From the NCBI GenBank assembly GCA_024679065.1, contig JAGIQG010000023.1:10044001-10108000 (forward strand): 64,000 nucleotides of DNA. The letters run 5' to 3'. The notes under the pieces were generated by a model, which did no database searches, was not told where the DNA came from, and was given only the letters and a program-made list of their open reading frames with translations. Numbering within the stretch: the stretch's first letter is position 1; each line of letters opens with the position of its first letter. The DNA comes from Sphyrna mokarran. Its lineage: Eukaryota. Of the stretch, positions 1 to 15,300 are shown piece after piece. Made by a program: the position numbers and the translations under genes.

Positions 1-252
1 CTCTGGGGACTGCAGTGCAGGGACTTTCTGGGGACTGCACTGCTAGGACCCTCTGGGGGCTGCACTGCTGGGACCCTCTGGGGACTGCACTGCTGGAACC
101 CTCTGGGGACTGCACTGCTGGGACCCACTGGGGACTGCACTGCTGGGACCCTCTGGGGAGTGCACTGCAGACACCCTCTGGGGACTGCACTGCTGGGACT
201 TTCTGGGAACTGCACTGCAGGGACCCACTGAGGACAGTGTTGCAGGGACCCA
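1..252. repeat. GC-rich minisatellite, 25-bp unit (ctctggggactgcactgctgggacc), ~10 copies, probably continues 5' of the window
   Basis: 25-nt periodicity directly visible; explains the repetitive ORFs 15..371 and 43..228. Confidence 0.95.
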
Positions 253-1042
253 TTGGACTTGTCAAGGCTGCAGAAAGACATCTTAACCATCCTGATGCAA
301 TATCTGATCATAGACATATAGGCACTGCGAGCCTTGTTGTCGCGGTCCTGGTTCCTTCTTTGAAAAATTAGTAGCAATTCGTGCCCATGTGACAACATAC
401 TGGTGGGTGGGAAGATTCAATGAGGTTTGAAGATTTGACTTTACCCTCGCCAATGAAGTTATAATGCATTCAAATTGATGCAAACCTAGTTCTCACCCTC
501 CCTGAGTATGGACCAAATCACAGCATCAGGGAGGGATCAGAAATCTAACAGGGGCAAATGCAATTTTTGTCCTTTTGTAATATTTTGCGGACATGACAGG
601 ATTTGAGCCTGGAGCTAACACCGTCGCTAAATTGTACCTGTTATGTTATTGGTAGGCTGGGAATGTGGGGGTGATGGATATTGAGTGGGATGGAAAACTG
701 CATATTGAGACCACTGCTATTTCTCATTTATATCAATAACTCGGAAGCTCATTGTTCACTGATTAAATATGACAATGATACCAAATAGGAAACGGCAGTC
801 AATCTGGAGGGAATAACTTAGAGTACAGACAAGTTGACAAAGTAAGTTCATGGACAGTTCATTGCAGATGAAATTTAATTGCAAAGTAAGAAGGAATAAT
901 ATTCATCACGTGCTCTTCATAAATATTTTTCCTAATGAGTTATGTTATTATATATTGCCATTTCAGATTCATCAAAGTTTGTGTGTTGTCCTTTATGAGC
1001 TGTCATTGAATATTGACACATCCTCATTGTTAACTGAGTGTC

Positions 1043-1206
1043 TCAACCTCTTAACTCTTTAGGCTTTTGAATCTGCAGTGCTGCATATGTGACTCTTTCC
1101 TCATTGTTAGTGAAGCGGACAGTTTGCTTGCCATGTGTTTCTGCTGAGTTCCCTCGATTGCACTTTACATTGGCATACTCATTTTCTCTTCCAGAACTGC
1201 CAATTG
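1043..1206 (-). CDS. Cytoplasmic-tail exon with ITIM (VTYAAL) and NEYANV tyrosine motif; putative last exon of gene A
   Basis: Pyrimidine tract + cag acceptor (AG at 1208-1207); phase-1 frame [15 protein letters not shown]...[18 protein letters not shown]; phase matches the end of gene B's TM exon. Confidence 0.75.
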
Positions 1207-4200
1207 CTGCAAGATAGAAAATAAAGATCCAATTTATTTCCATTTAACTTGAATGGAGATTAATGGAGACATTAATTTCTAGATTATTGCAAATCAATTC
1301 ACAAGTGATCGCAGCATTTGGTAATATATCTCCAGCAGTGAAACACATCATTTGTCCCAACTCCATATAAACCTGTCCAAATAATCTCATCAAAATAACA
1401 TTCAAATCCTTTCTTCTCATTGCTTATCCAGCTTCTGTTTGAATGCATTTCAGCCATTTGCCTCAACTGTTCCCTGTGGTGGAAAAATCCACATCTGAAC
1501 ACTCTGGATAAAGATGTTTCTCTTGAATTCGCTGCTGGATGAATCTTTTTTATTCACACATTGAATGTGGGCATCACTGGCTGGGCCAACAACTGTTACC
1601 CATCCATAATTGGATTGAGAGGGGGAATTTTTGAATTGTATGTAGGCCAGACCAGGCACAAGCAGCAGATTTCCTCAGGGAAATATCTCTAAATGACATT
1701 AATGAAATGGAGTTTTTACTGGAATCAGCAATAGTTTTATGATCATCATTAGATCTTTAATTCCAGACTTTTATTGAGTTCTGCCTTGGTGGGATTTGAA
1801 CTCAAGTCCCCAGAGGATGATTCTGCATTTCTAGATTACTAATACAATATCACTTCATCAGTACCTGTTATCAATGACTATCCACTATTTATGGTCACTG
1901 TTTTTGGTCTTGCCTGCAATTGGAAACATCTTTGTTATCTCTTCCTGAATCTTGAAGATCTCAATCAGATCATTAATCAGAGAAATCCAGCTTGCTGAAT
2001 CTAGCCTTAAATTTTTAATTTTCCAAGGCAGATTGTGAAAAGGAATTTTGCTGCCATTCAGCGAAATTGTACCTCGCTTCCTCAGCAGACCAGATGAAAC
2101 TCTCGGGATTTTAAATCAACCTTTGTTTACACTTTAGTGAGGAAATCTGTCCCCCACAAGATGGCGCACTGGTACAGGGCACGCACCATTATAACTTTCC
2201 ATATTTTACATATAATTCTCATGCACCAATCACAAGTATACATTTGTTTAGAAATCATTAATATTCAATTACAGCAAATAGTTCTGACTACTTCATTTAT
2301 GTCAGGTGAATATAGTTAACCAGGTATATCCTCCGTATTTAAAGTTATAAGTTTATTTATTTGTTTGTCACAAGTAAGTTACTGTGAAATTCCCACAGTT
2401 GCAACAATTCAGTTCAATGTACAGGACCAGCATATCCTTCATAATGTGAACGGAAACTGGACCACCCAGAGGAAACCCACATAGATACAGGGAGAATGTG
2501 CAAATTCCATACAGACAGTGACCCAAGCCGGGAATTGAACCCAGGTCTCTGGTACTATGAAGAAACAGTGCTAACCATTTTCCTACTGTGCCGCCCCGTA
2601 TATGCTTGTCTAATTATAATGATTCATTACGAATGAAGTTTGCTCACATGATTCTACCATCTAAACATCCACACCTGTTATGGCTTGTGCTGGCTATCTG
2701 TAATTATGGCAACTGCACCGAAACATCTTCACAGCAGCTTCCCAATGAACTGTGCTGTAATTAATTCATAGGGGAACAGGACTGCGTTCAATGATGCAAA
2801 CCCCTTCAGAATGACAGCATCTTTCATATTACCATCTCACAGTAGAACAAGCATAGAATGTCCATATTTAATGGAAAGAAATACATTTATTTGAAGCCTT
2901 CAAAATAGTAAAATGCCCCTAAAACCATGGCAGCAACTTCAGGTACAAACTCAAATTAAACCAAGGAAGGAGATATTAGTGAAGGTAACCAAAATCTTTC
3001 AAAGGTTTAAGGCAAAGACATTTCAAAGAATGCCTTAAAGGAATAATGAAGTGATGAATTAGACAGAGAGGATTCCAGAGCTTCAGGACTAGATGGGTGA
3101 AGTTACAGCAAGGTCAATCTCTCATCACAGAACAGGTGGAATCATTAGCTTTTGATATCATTCTCTTATTCTCAATTTTTGTTTTGTTTTGGCAGTAATA
3201 CTTTAGATTTTACAGGAATTTCTGAGAACTTAAACTGACAAATGTCATTAAATCCAAAGTTGGGATGAAATAAGTAACAAGGTCTCATTTCTGAAGATAA
3301 AGCCAAGGTCTGTCTCCCTTTGTGCCCATCCAATGAGATTAAAGATTGGAGCCAATCTAAGGTGTAGTCCAGTCAAACAGCATTAATACATTTAAGGCAA
3401 ATCCACAGAAGCAAATGTGAGTGAAAGGAACTGTTCAGGTTGGATAAAAGAGGATGGGAAGAGGTTTGTGCTGAACATCAAACAGCCTACACCTGGTCCT
3501 ATTTCTTATTGTCTTATGGTTTCTATCATTCTAAACTCATGTTGAGTTTCATTTGCTCCCGAGTTCACAAGGTTATTTGTTGTTTCCAAACAACAGTAAC
3601 AACTTCAATATTCTTCTATGTTGAATACATTTATATTAGAAGGTGCAGGATATGAAAATCAGAGATGTACGTTGACTGCAGCAAATTAGGTTCTCTTTAT
3701 ATTCTTCAGAAATTGATTGGAACATAAAATGATTCCGGAGAATTTGCCTCTGATATAAAAGTAGAGAAATGGCAAACACCACAAGAATGGTCCCCAGCAC
3801 CCCGAGCACAAACCAGAGTGTGACACAGAGAGTAGGAAATGAGCAGTGTTGGACTTTATAATCATAGAAAGTTTGGTCCATCATGTCTGTTGTGTCTAAA
3901 AACCAGACCCCGCCCCCATAGTCCCATTCTCCAGCATTTTGTCCATTGGTCTGCAGATTATACAGACATCTTTGAAATGAGTTGAGTATCTTTGACTCTA
4001 TCACATTTTCAGAAATCTACAGCCGTCTGGGTGAAAACACTTTTCCTCATCTTTCCTCAAATCTTTCTACCAGTTTCTTTAAATTTATGCACCTCAGTCA
4101 CTGATTTTGCTGCTAAAACAAACTGGTCCTTCCCATCCACTCTATCTGGGCCCTTTACAATGCTGTGCATCTCAATCAATTCTCCCCTAAACCAAGCTGA

Positions 4201-7200
4201 ACAACCCTAGCTGATCAAACTTTTCTTCTTGGGTGTAATTTTCCAGTCCTGGCAATTTCCTCTCTGATAAATCATTTTTGTCATGAGGTAACCGGAACTG
4301 CACACAATACTCAAGCTGTGGCCTGGCTAATATCTTATATATAGTTCTAGCATTATCTTTCTGACCTTATATTACATCTCTTGGCTAATAAATGAAAGGA
4401 TTCCATGTGCCTTCTTAACCGCCTTATTGATCTATCCTGCTACCTTCAAAGACTTATGGACATTCATTCCAAGGATTTTCATTTCCTCTATACCCCCCAG
4501 CATCCTCCCATTTATTGTCTAACCATTTGCTTTGTTTGACCTGTTCAAATGTATCACCTCACACTTTTCTAGGTGGAATTCCATTTGACACTTTTCTGCC
4601 CATCCATTGATATCTACTTGCGGTCAATAGCAATCCGCCTTGCTATCTACAGCATTAGTAATTTTTATTGTATTACATATAAATCATTAATATATGCCAG
4701 AGAAAGCAGGAGACCTAGCACTGAGTATTGGAACCAGCCTTCCAGTCACAAAGACAGCCATCAACAATCATCCTTTGTTTCCTGCCATAATTGATTCTTG
4801 GCCATTTGTTCACAGAAGTGGGTTTTGAAATTATATAGCACTTTTCTCATCCTTTGGGTGGTCTAAAGAACTATACACTCTAGGAAATACTTTTAAAAAA
4901 TCACCAATGTTGTGATATAAAAGATGTGGCAACCAATCTGAACACAGCAAAACCTCAGAAACAGCAGTGAATTTTGACCAGATCAATAGTAGCCATTTCG
5001 TCAGTGCTTTCCTTGTCTGCTTTCTCTGTAAATAAGAAGTGACCTGCTGCGTATTTCCAGCAGCTTTTTCATCATGTTGATGTTTAACTGGTATTTTCTC
5101 ATCGTCATCATTGTAACCTCAGTATTTACGTTGGACAACAATTTCTACTCTTTCTATATGCCCCAATTATATTAGGGATTGTGAGTTTAACAGAAAAAGA
5201 AAAGACTTGGTTCCCACATGTAGATTCAAGCAAACACAAAACAGGTTTTAATGAAATGCTGCTTCTGCACTGTATCAAGTTGAAAACTAACAGTAACACA
5301 GCAGCCTGAGCACACACCCTAATGGTGTCACATCAAATCAACCCTTTTTAAAATTTGCATCTTTATTATGAAGTGAACACAACAACATCTCGCCAACATT
5401 CCTGATATGAGACGTATTGAAAAATGATGCCCAGTCTCCTGGATCGTCAGAGCCTGAACATATGACCCAAGATGTGTGTCAGGACCCTGCAGATGACTCA
5501 ACATGATGACCTCCATGAATTTCCTGGGATATTGGAACTTCCTGGGTCCCTCTGTGAAAATCTTCAGCTCTGGGTAAGAGCTTCAAACAATTCATTGGGG
5601 CTTACCTGGATAATTACCCAGGAAATATTAGACTGAAAGAATCAAGTTTTATTTCTGAGTAGACACAGAACTAACCCCTGAATAATCACACTGACTGCTG
5701 AACTCCCCCAATCTGCTGATGAATTCCCTGACATATCAACTATCACCCCACACTTCCGATTATCCTATCTGATCTTGTGACTAAGTCACAACCTGAGCCA
5801 ATCCGATTATTCTCTGTGAATATCCCTTGCACCCATCACTTCATAACCCAATGTCCAAATCTGATTAACCTCCAAACCAGCTACCCCTGCCAACCTGACA
5901 CAATTATTCATCTACTACTTCATCAACTTACACCTCACCCAACTGCCACCCTCTCAATCTACCACTTCACCTATCTGCAACCCCACCCATCTCACATACT
6001 TACGACACACCCATCTGTCTTCTCATCCACCTATCATTCTTGCCTCCAATTACCAACACATTTATACACCTCTCTCCCTATCCAGCTTACACCCTACCTA
6101 CCTGTGGTCCTATAGAGTTCCAATGGAGTTCTCCGAGGGATGCTGCACTTCACAGATCTGGAGAATCAGGACTCGGGAGATCAGACAAGAAATGTGGAGC
6201 TGAGTCGAGGGTGGAAAGCATTGAGTGGAATGGCAATCCAATTGCTGCTCTGTGACTGACCCAGGACAATAAATGACATCCATCCTTGTGCCAAACTTAT
6301 TAAAGAGGATTTAATCACTCACACAGAAGCCATATCACTTCAGCACTAACAATAAAAACAACATACCTTTCAGCAGGTTTGGAGTTTGGAATTAAGGAAT
6401 GTGTTGGTGATACTTCACAAGAATTTTCAGGTCCGACTGAAACGAGAAAAACAGCATTCAGATCAGCCTCATTTTCATTGTCGTTAAATGAGAGAGTCAC
6501 ATTGTCAAGTGGCACCTTGACCTGAGGGAGAATCTCTTTGAGGAAGCACCTCATCTTGGGATGTGGGCGTCTCTGTTGAGGTCAGCAATTATTGCCCATC
6601 CTTAATTGCCCTCAAGACAATGGTCATGAGATGCCTCTTAAATCATTTGTGGTGTAGGTACATCCACAGTGCTGTGAGGGAGAAAGCACCCATTGCATCT
6701 ATGCCACTCAAAGCCAAACCACCTTACTATTCTAACCCCATTTTCCAACATGTGGCCCATAGCTTTGTGTGCCTTGGCATCATGAGCGCACATCTAAATA
6801 ATTCTTAAATGTTAATGAGGGCCTGTAAGGCACCAAGGAAATTTGCCTATTCCTCCTGGAAGAGTTCCAGGCAAACATTTACATTTAGCTCAAAGGACAT
6901 GTGGGTCAGCAGTTCAACCAGACAATAGCACTGTCAACAGCAGAGCACAATCTCCGTGCTGTACAGGGATATTAACACCTTTATCGGAAAGAGAATTTGA
7001 ACTCACAACCCATTGGTTTCAGAAATCAGACTGCTACCAACTGAGCCCCTTCTAACACTGACATCCTTGAATATTAAACATTCAAACAGGTTAAAGTGCT
7101 CATTGATTCACAATTATAATTAGTGTTTATGTTAACACCGGATAATTCATGGAATTCTGAGAGTTTGAGCATCATTTTGTGATGCAAAGAATGAAATTTG

Positions 7201-9274
7201 GTCCATTGCCCTCCATCGCTATGAAATAATTTGCCATTCAGAATCATAGAATCCATGCAGTGTACAAGGAGGCCATTTGGCCTATCAAGTTTACAGCGAC
7301 ACTCCCATTGCCATGTATTTTTCCCAAATCCTCATAAAAGTCTGCTCCTTTTTTGCTTCCCTTGTAAAAGCTATTATTGATCCTGTTTCTAATGCAATCC
7401 ATACATTTATAATCACTTGCATCAATAAAATTCTCCCAATTTCCCTCGCTGTTCCTGTTGTGATGATCTTAATGTATTCTCTCAAGCATTCACTCACTTA
7501 CTAGTGGAAATAATTAGTCTCAATTTAACTAATCAAAGCCTCTAATAATTTTGGGTAGACATAGCAGATCATTTCGTTCTATTGTAATGGTTTTCTAGTA
7601 GTGTTAGCTGTTGGTAGCACTCTTGTGTCTGCATCCAGAATGTTCTATATTCAAGCCCTACTCTAGGACTCAAAAATCAAAGCTGATACTCCAGTACCGT
7701 ACTGAGGAAGTGCTGCGCTGTTGGAGGTGCTGTCTTTTGGATGGGATGTTGCACTGAGTCCCCAATCTCCTGCTCTATGGGTCTCATGGTGGCACTGCTG
7801 CCTCACTATGCCAGAGACCCGGGTTCAATTCTGGCCTCAGGTGTCTGTCTGTGTGGACTTTGCATGTTCTCCCCATGTCTGCGTGAGTTTCCTCCAGCTG
7901 CTCCAGTTTCCCCCATAATCCACAGTGTGTGGGTTAGATGGATTAGCCAAGTTAAATTGCCCCTTAGTGTTAGAGAGAACAAGAGTAAATGCATGGGATT
8001 ATGGGAATAAGGCCTGGGTGGAATGATTATTGGTGGAACTCAAATGGTTACCTTCTGCACTGTAGAATTCTATGGATTCTATGAATGTATGGATGTATAA
8101 GATCTGTGGCACTCGATCTCCTGAAGAAATGCAGGAGCGTTATCCCAAATCACCTGGCAATATTTATCCCTCAATCAAAAACAGGTTCTTAGTTCATTCT
8201 TTTGAGTTTGCTGTATGCAAATTGGCTGCTGTGTTTCCTGCCTCACAAGAGCGACAACGCTTCAAAAAGCATTTCATTGGTTGTAAAGTGCTTTGAGAAG
8301 TCAGGTGACAATGAAAATAAACGTGAGACATTCTTTCGTTTTGTAAGTGAGACCTTTTAAAATGCCGTAATTTCACATCAACTCTTTAACTTTCTATCTT
8401 CATCATTCATCCTAAAGCAAGTGACACCAACTAAAGATTGTTTTTCATGATTTGATTTCCAAGAAATGGGAACAGGAATGATTACTGAGATTTTATCAAT
8501 CAAATTCTGTTAAATTTTAATGGGATTACTGCAACGTTTACACATGTTTGGGAAATATCTTATGATCCTGATATTTTCAATCAATAGTTTTATCAGTAAC
8601 TTTGTTCTGATTGGTTGATGGATAAAGAAAAATAAATTTTGTCAGTTGCAAATCATTCAGAGAGGCAGTAGGAAGCTAACCAGCAACCAGAATAGACAAA
8701 CGACAATAAATATTTTAGTGACCACATTGTACATTTACACCATCACTTACCAACACTGTTGATCTGTGTCACATAACTGCAATTCTCCCCTGATATATTG
8801 ATCACTGACACATTAACCATTTCACTGGATTTATTTCCCTGGTTATTTAAGGCTGTGCAGTAATATTGATGATGTCGCTGTGTGAAGGATTGACAATGTA
8901 GATCCAGTTTATTGGTGTCAGAGATCTTTGAATCTTCATTCGGGGTCTTTTCATACCATGTGTACTGAATGGGAAGAGATCCCTGGACAGACTCACAGGA
9001 GACGGACACTGAGCCCCCAGAACATGAGGCATTTGGTCGTGATAAAAATCTAAGTCCAGGAACAGACACAGGTTCTGTGGGCAAAAGGCAATTATGAATG
9101 GATTTTCACAGTAATTTCATTGTCGTCTTAATGTACACCTACGTGTGACACTGAGTTCGAAAAGCTTTAACTTTAAACTTTAAATGATTAAGTTTTAGAA
9201 TGACGAAAAAACTAAATGCTTATTGCCAATATTTCTACACCTCATCCAGGATGTGAGGAGGAAGGGAAAGTGTT

Positions 9275-9308
<34 letters not shown>

Positions 9309-12300
9309 GAGGGAACTTGGCCAAATGCAGATAGTATCTATTGATTGCTCTCACAGATAGTCATGATAGCAGATTAGTTAGTGACAAGCATTGGAGTGTG
9401 AACTGAGATGTTTGCTGAGATAATGGAGACATAAATATTTTTCCTAAAATCTAATCTTGACATGAATTCTCTGATACCGAAGGATCTGCCCTAGTTGCCA
9501 GTTGGAGCAGGGAATTTGACGCTCAGCCAAATCTTCATTCACAGCAGCAGGACTGGAGGATTCCAGCGATGGAAGGCTTTGCTGAACTCTGGCTATTGTC
9601 TGTATTTGTATTCAATATTCATTAGGAAGAACCATTAACATTAAGCTGTGAGTACTGTTTGAAGTCTAGGGTGGAATTTTATCACCTGGATTGAGCGAGA
9701 CTGAAAAACCTGCCCACGGTCAACAGACATTTCCATTGATTGCCCCACACCCACTCTGATACCACGGCGGGCAAGGCAGTAAAATTCCGAGGTAAATATC
9801 ATCCAAAGGTCATGAGCTGGGAGATAGAAGCTATCAGCTTCTCATTAACTGGGGAAACTGGCTTGAAGTGCTCTTTTTGTACTGAGTCCCTTTGTTTTTG
9901 AACTCAGCACTGGAGTCTGACTTCAAACGACAGTGGAGATTTAATAAGCAGAAGGAACTTACTACAGGAGAAGAAATGAGCTGTTGGTGAGTATCTGGTG
10001 AGTATTCGGGAAGTGGTGAAGGCCCAATGTCCAGGCATAGGGAGCATGGATGGTGTCCTTGCCAAATTGTTAACAAGGAGAGATTGGTCTAAGGTGAAAT
10101 AAATCTGACCCCATCTCTCTGGATCATTACTCTGAGCCTCTGAATTACAATTCTTCCAACATAATCATTGTTCTAACTGCCCTCTAGCTGCCAGACACTG
10201 CACTGCTGTGGAACCTCCAGACATCGGAGCTTATCCTCCCAGATAAAGTACCGATCAGTCAGTTCAGTTGAGAGTAATAAAGATAATCACAGAGAACAAT
10301 TTACCATCAGATATTTGTAGTCTTACAGGAAATATTGAAAGTAGCCCGGACTTAGCAATACCACAGCTGTACCATCCTGCATCTCCTGGGCGAAGATCCT
10401 CCATAGTAACGACAAATAATCCTTGTGTCTTCTTATCTGTGATTGAAATTCTCCCTCGCCATCCATCTGGATCGTCTGATTTTACCAAAACAGTGCACTG
10501 ACGACTCCAATATTTCACATGTGACTGGAACAATTTGTCATAGTGACAATCGATAGTGATCGCTCTTCCCAAAACTCCTGTTACATTATTTTTTGCCCAC
10601 AATGCACTTGGAGCTGAAAAGACAACAGGTCAAAAATTGAACTGAAAAAATTGTTTAATACAAACAGATATATTTTAAATAAGATTTAGCACTGTGTTCA
10701 GAGAAATATCTCCAATACATCTTCTAATGTATTTGAATACTTCCTTGATTGAGATCATTGGGCTCATTGAACATGTGCGCTCTGTGGATTGATAATTAAC
10801 AATCATATTGAGATTGCACACTAAGTCCTTTATAAAGCAAGACCTTAAGAGGTATCATTAATCTTTTAGTCCTGGTTGGGATTTGTTCTGTCCACCACAG
10901 GTTTATTTCCATTTTGTACAATAAAAGCACCATTTCTTCACATCCGCTTCCAGGAGTTACTGCATTCTCAAACAGCAATTGTTAGACAGCAAATTGTCTT
11001 CTCATGATCACTTTGCTCTTTGAGGGAGCTTATTGCTTATAAATTGGCGCTAAACTTCCTACATAACAACAAAGGCTCTGAATCAGCATTGATCAGAACA
11101 GACTTCAAAACTGTCTTGAAGTTGTGAAAAATTGAAAAATAAATGCAATTCTATTTTTATTAAAAATTGTTTTGGACGATCATTAGAACTAAGCCCGTGA
11201 GCAATTCAGTTAGACGTTAATTTAAAACTTAACTGAATTTCAGAAGCTTAAAGAGATATTTACCACTGTTGCTGAAATGTGTCACATAAGTGCAATCATT
11301 CTCTGATCTGTTGATCACTGACACAGTAACCATTTCACTGGATTTTTCTCCCTGGTTATTTGAGGCTGTGCAGTAGTATTGATGACGTTGCTGTGTGAAG
11401 GATTGACAACGTAGATCCAGTTTATTGGTGTCAGAAATCTTTGAATCTTCAGACGTGGTCTTTTCATACCATGTGTACTGTATGGGAAGTGATCCCTGGA
11501 CAGACTCACAGGAGATGGACACTGAGCCGCTTGAAAGTGAGGCATTTGGTGATGATAGAAATCTAAGCACAGGAACAGACACAGGTTCTGTGGAAATAAA
11601 AATTATTAACGGATTTTCACAATAATTTCATTGCAGTGTTAATTTAAAACTAGTTGTGACACTAATAAAAAGTTTTAAGTTTAAACTTTAAAAGTTTGAA
11701 TGTGAAAATGACCAAAAAATTACATAGTTTCATATTACCCCCAATATTTCTCCACCTCACTCACAATGTGAGGAGGAAGGGAAAGTGTTAGAGAGAGAGA
11801 GAAGCGTGGCCAAATGTAGGTTGTATCTATTTATTTCTCTCACAAACAGCAGATATTCATGACAGCAGATTAGTTAGTTGCAAGCACTGGAGTGTCACCT
11901 GAGATAGACTGCAGGAGATTGCTGAGATAATGGACACTTAAAAACCTATTCTTGCCCTGAATTCTCCGATATCGAGTGATCTGCTCCCGCTGCCAGTTGG
12001 AATAGGGAATTTGGCACTCTGCAAATCTCCATTCACAGCAATGGGACTGGATAATTCCAGCTACGGACAAGTTTGGTGAATTCCAGCCATTGTTTGTATT
12101 TAACATTCAACAGTATGCACAATTCAACATTTAAGTATGAGTATTGTCTCAAGTCTAAGGCAGGGTTTAATGGCCTCAAATCAAGGAGACTGGAAAATCC
12201 CACCCAAGGTCAACAGACATTTCCATTCTCTGCCCCACACCTGCTTCAATACCATGGCGGGCAAGGCAGTAAAATTCTGACATAAGCATCATCCAAAGGA

Positions 12301-15300
12301 CATGAGTTGGGAGATTGAAGGTCTCAACTGGCAGTAATTGAAATAGTTTAGGGGAAACTGAATTGAACTGCTCTTTTTATACTGAGTCCCTTTGTTTTGG
12401 AACTCAGCAAAGGAGTCTGACATCAACCAAGTGTGGAGGTTTAATGAGCTGAAGGAATTTACTACAGAGTTGTTGGTATCTGATCAGTATTCGGTAAATG
12501 GTCAAGGTCTATTACCCAGGCATAGGGGTATGGGTGGCATCCTTGCCAATTTTTTAACCAGAAGAGCATGGTCCAAGGTGCAATAAATCTGCCCCCATCT
12601 CTCTGGATCATTACTCTGAGCCTCTGAATTCCAATTCCTCCAACATAATCATTGTTCTAACTGCCCTCTAGCTGCCAGACACTGCACTGCAGCAGGGCCT
12701 TGGTATATCATAGAACATAGAACATTACAGCGCAGAACAGGCCCTTTGGCCCTCGATGTTGCACCGACCAATTAAGAAAAAACAATGACCCTCTAACCTA
12801 GACCATTCCCTTTTCATCTATAAACCTATCCACTGACCTCTTAAACGCCTCCAAACTTGGTGCATCTACAACAGCAGCAGGCAGGGCATTCCATACCCTT
12901 ACCACCCTCTGGGTAAAGAAACTACCTCTGACATCCGTCCTATAACTACCAGCCCTTAATTTAAAGCTATGTCCCCTCGTGCTAGCTTTCTCCATCTGAG
13001 GAAAAAGGCTATCACTGTCCACCCTATCTAAACCTCTAATCATCTTATATGTTTCGATAAGGTCCCCTCTTAGCCGCCTCTTTCTAACGAAAACAACCTC
13101 AAATCCCTCAGCCTCTCTTCATAAGACCTGCCCTCCATACCAGGCAACATCCTGGTAAACCTCCTCTGTACCCTCTCCAATGCCTCCACATCTTTCTTAC
13201 AATGTGGGGACCAGAACTGTACACAATACTCCAAGTGCGGCCGCACTAGAGTTTTGTACAGTTGCAACATGATGTTGCGGCTCCGAAATTCAATCCCCCT
13301 ACCAATAAAAGCCAAGACTCTGTATGCCTTCTTAACAACCTTATCGACTTGATTGCCAACTTTCAGGGATCTATGCATATATACACCAAGAACCCTCTAT
13401 TCATCAACACTATTAAGAGATCTACCATTAGCCCTATACTCTACACATTTGTTATTCCTGCCAAAGTGAATTACCTCACACTTTTCCACATTGAACTCCA
13501 TTTGCCACCTCTCGCCCAGCTCTGCAACTTGTCCAAGTCTCTCTGCAAACTGTAACACCCCTCTTCACTATCTACCACTGCTCCAACTTTGGTGTCATCC
13601 GCAAATTTACTAATCCATCCTTCTATACCCTCATCCAGATCATTTATAAAAATTACAAGATCGGAGCTGTCAATGTCTCCTCCCAGATAAAGCAGCAATC
13701 AGACATACTGAGCTTAATAAAGATAATCACTGAGAACAATTTACCTTCAGATATTTGTAGATTTACAGGAAATATTGAAAGGAGGCCGAGCTTATCAATA
13801 CCACAGCTGTACCATCCTGCATCTCCTAAGCGAAGATCCTCCATCGTAACAACAAATAATCCTTGTGTCTTGTTATCTGTGATTGACATTCTCCCTCGCC
13901 GTCCATCTGGATCATCTGATTTTACCAAAACAGAGCACTGACGACTCCAATATTTCATATGTGACTGGGACAATTTGTCATAGTGACATTCGATAGTGAT
14001 CGCTCTTCCCAAAACTCCTGTTACATTATTTTTTGCCTGCAATGTACTTGGAGCTGAAAAGACAACAGGTCAAAATTGAACTCAAAATATTTGTTTAATA
14101 CAAACAGATATATTTCAAAGGGATTTACCACAGTGTTCAGAGAAATGTCTGCAAAACATCTCCGAATGCAATTGAATACTTCCTTGTTTGAGATCGCAGG
14201 TCTCATTGAATATGTGCTATCGTGGATTGATAATTAAAGAACTATTTTGATGTAGTATACTCATCACTTCATGAAGCAAGACCTTGAGAGGTTCCAATAA
14301 TCTTTTAGTCTGATTGTGACCTGTTGTATTCACCGCAGGCATGTGGTTATTGTTTATTTTCATTTTGTACAATAAAAGAACAGCTCCTTCACATCCTGCT
14401 CCTGGAGTTATTATGTTCTCAAACAGCAATTGTCAGATAACAGATTGTCTGCTCATGATCACATTGGTCTATGCGGGAGCTCATTGCTTATAAATTGTGC
14501 TGAGCTTTCCACATCATAACAAAGGATCGGAATCAGTTCCAGCACTGACCAGAACAGACGTTAAAACTGTCCTGAAGTTGTGAAAAGTGAAAAATAAATG
14601 TAATTCAGTTCTATTAAAATTAATTTGAATGACCAATAGAACTAAACCAGTAAGCATTTCAGACAGACATTAATTTAAAAATTAGTTGAAATTTTTGAGG
14701 CTTAAATGGATATTTACCAATGTTGCTGATTTGTGTTAAATAACTGCAATCATTCTCTGAAATGTGGATCACTGACACAGTAACCATTTCACTGGATTTG
14801 TTTCCCTGGTTATTTACGGCTGTGCAGTAATATTGATGATGTCGCTGTGTGAAGGATTGACAATCTAGATCCAGTTTATTGGTGTCAGAGATCTTTGAAT
14901 CTTCAGACGGAGTTTTTTCATACCATGTGTATCGAATGGGAAGTGATCCCTGGACAGACTCACAGGAGATGGACACTGAGCGCCCAGAACATGAAGCATT
15001 TGGTGGTGATAAAAATTCAAGTTCAGGGACAGACACAGGTTCTGTGGGAAAAAAAACAATTATTAACGGATTTTTACAGTAATTTCATTGCAGCGTTAAT
15101 GTAGTTTGCTTGTGACTCAAATAAAGATTTAACTATCAACCTTAAAATTTTACACTTTAGAATGACCAAAAAATTAAATAGTTTTATATTACCAGTATTT
15201 GTCTACCTCACCCAGGATTTGAGGGGAGAAGGAGAGAGAGAGAGAGATTGAAGTAGGAACTTGGCCAAATATAGGTAGTACCTATTGCTTGCTCTCATGG

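Noticed and set aside
1-252. CRISPR-like periodicity
   Set aside because: No unique spacers, and the context is vertebrate
15-371. Cys/Gly-rich repetitive 118-aa ORF
   Set aside because: Translation of a 25-bp minisatellite; the unit is not a multiple of 3
5328-6255. ORFs conserved with 60125-61091 (MEVIML.H.QGPDT..)
   Set aside because: Similarity is explained by the duplication; no conserved splice signals, low-complexity His/Pro/Thr content; probably an old transposon remnant
10264-10304. Hydrophobic read-through tail after V exons ([12 protein letters not shown]) as a GPI/TM anchor
   Set aside because: T-rich intron start; too short, and the stop position varies between units
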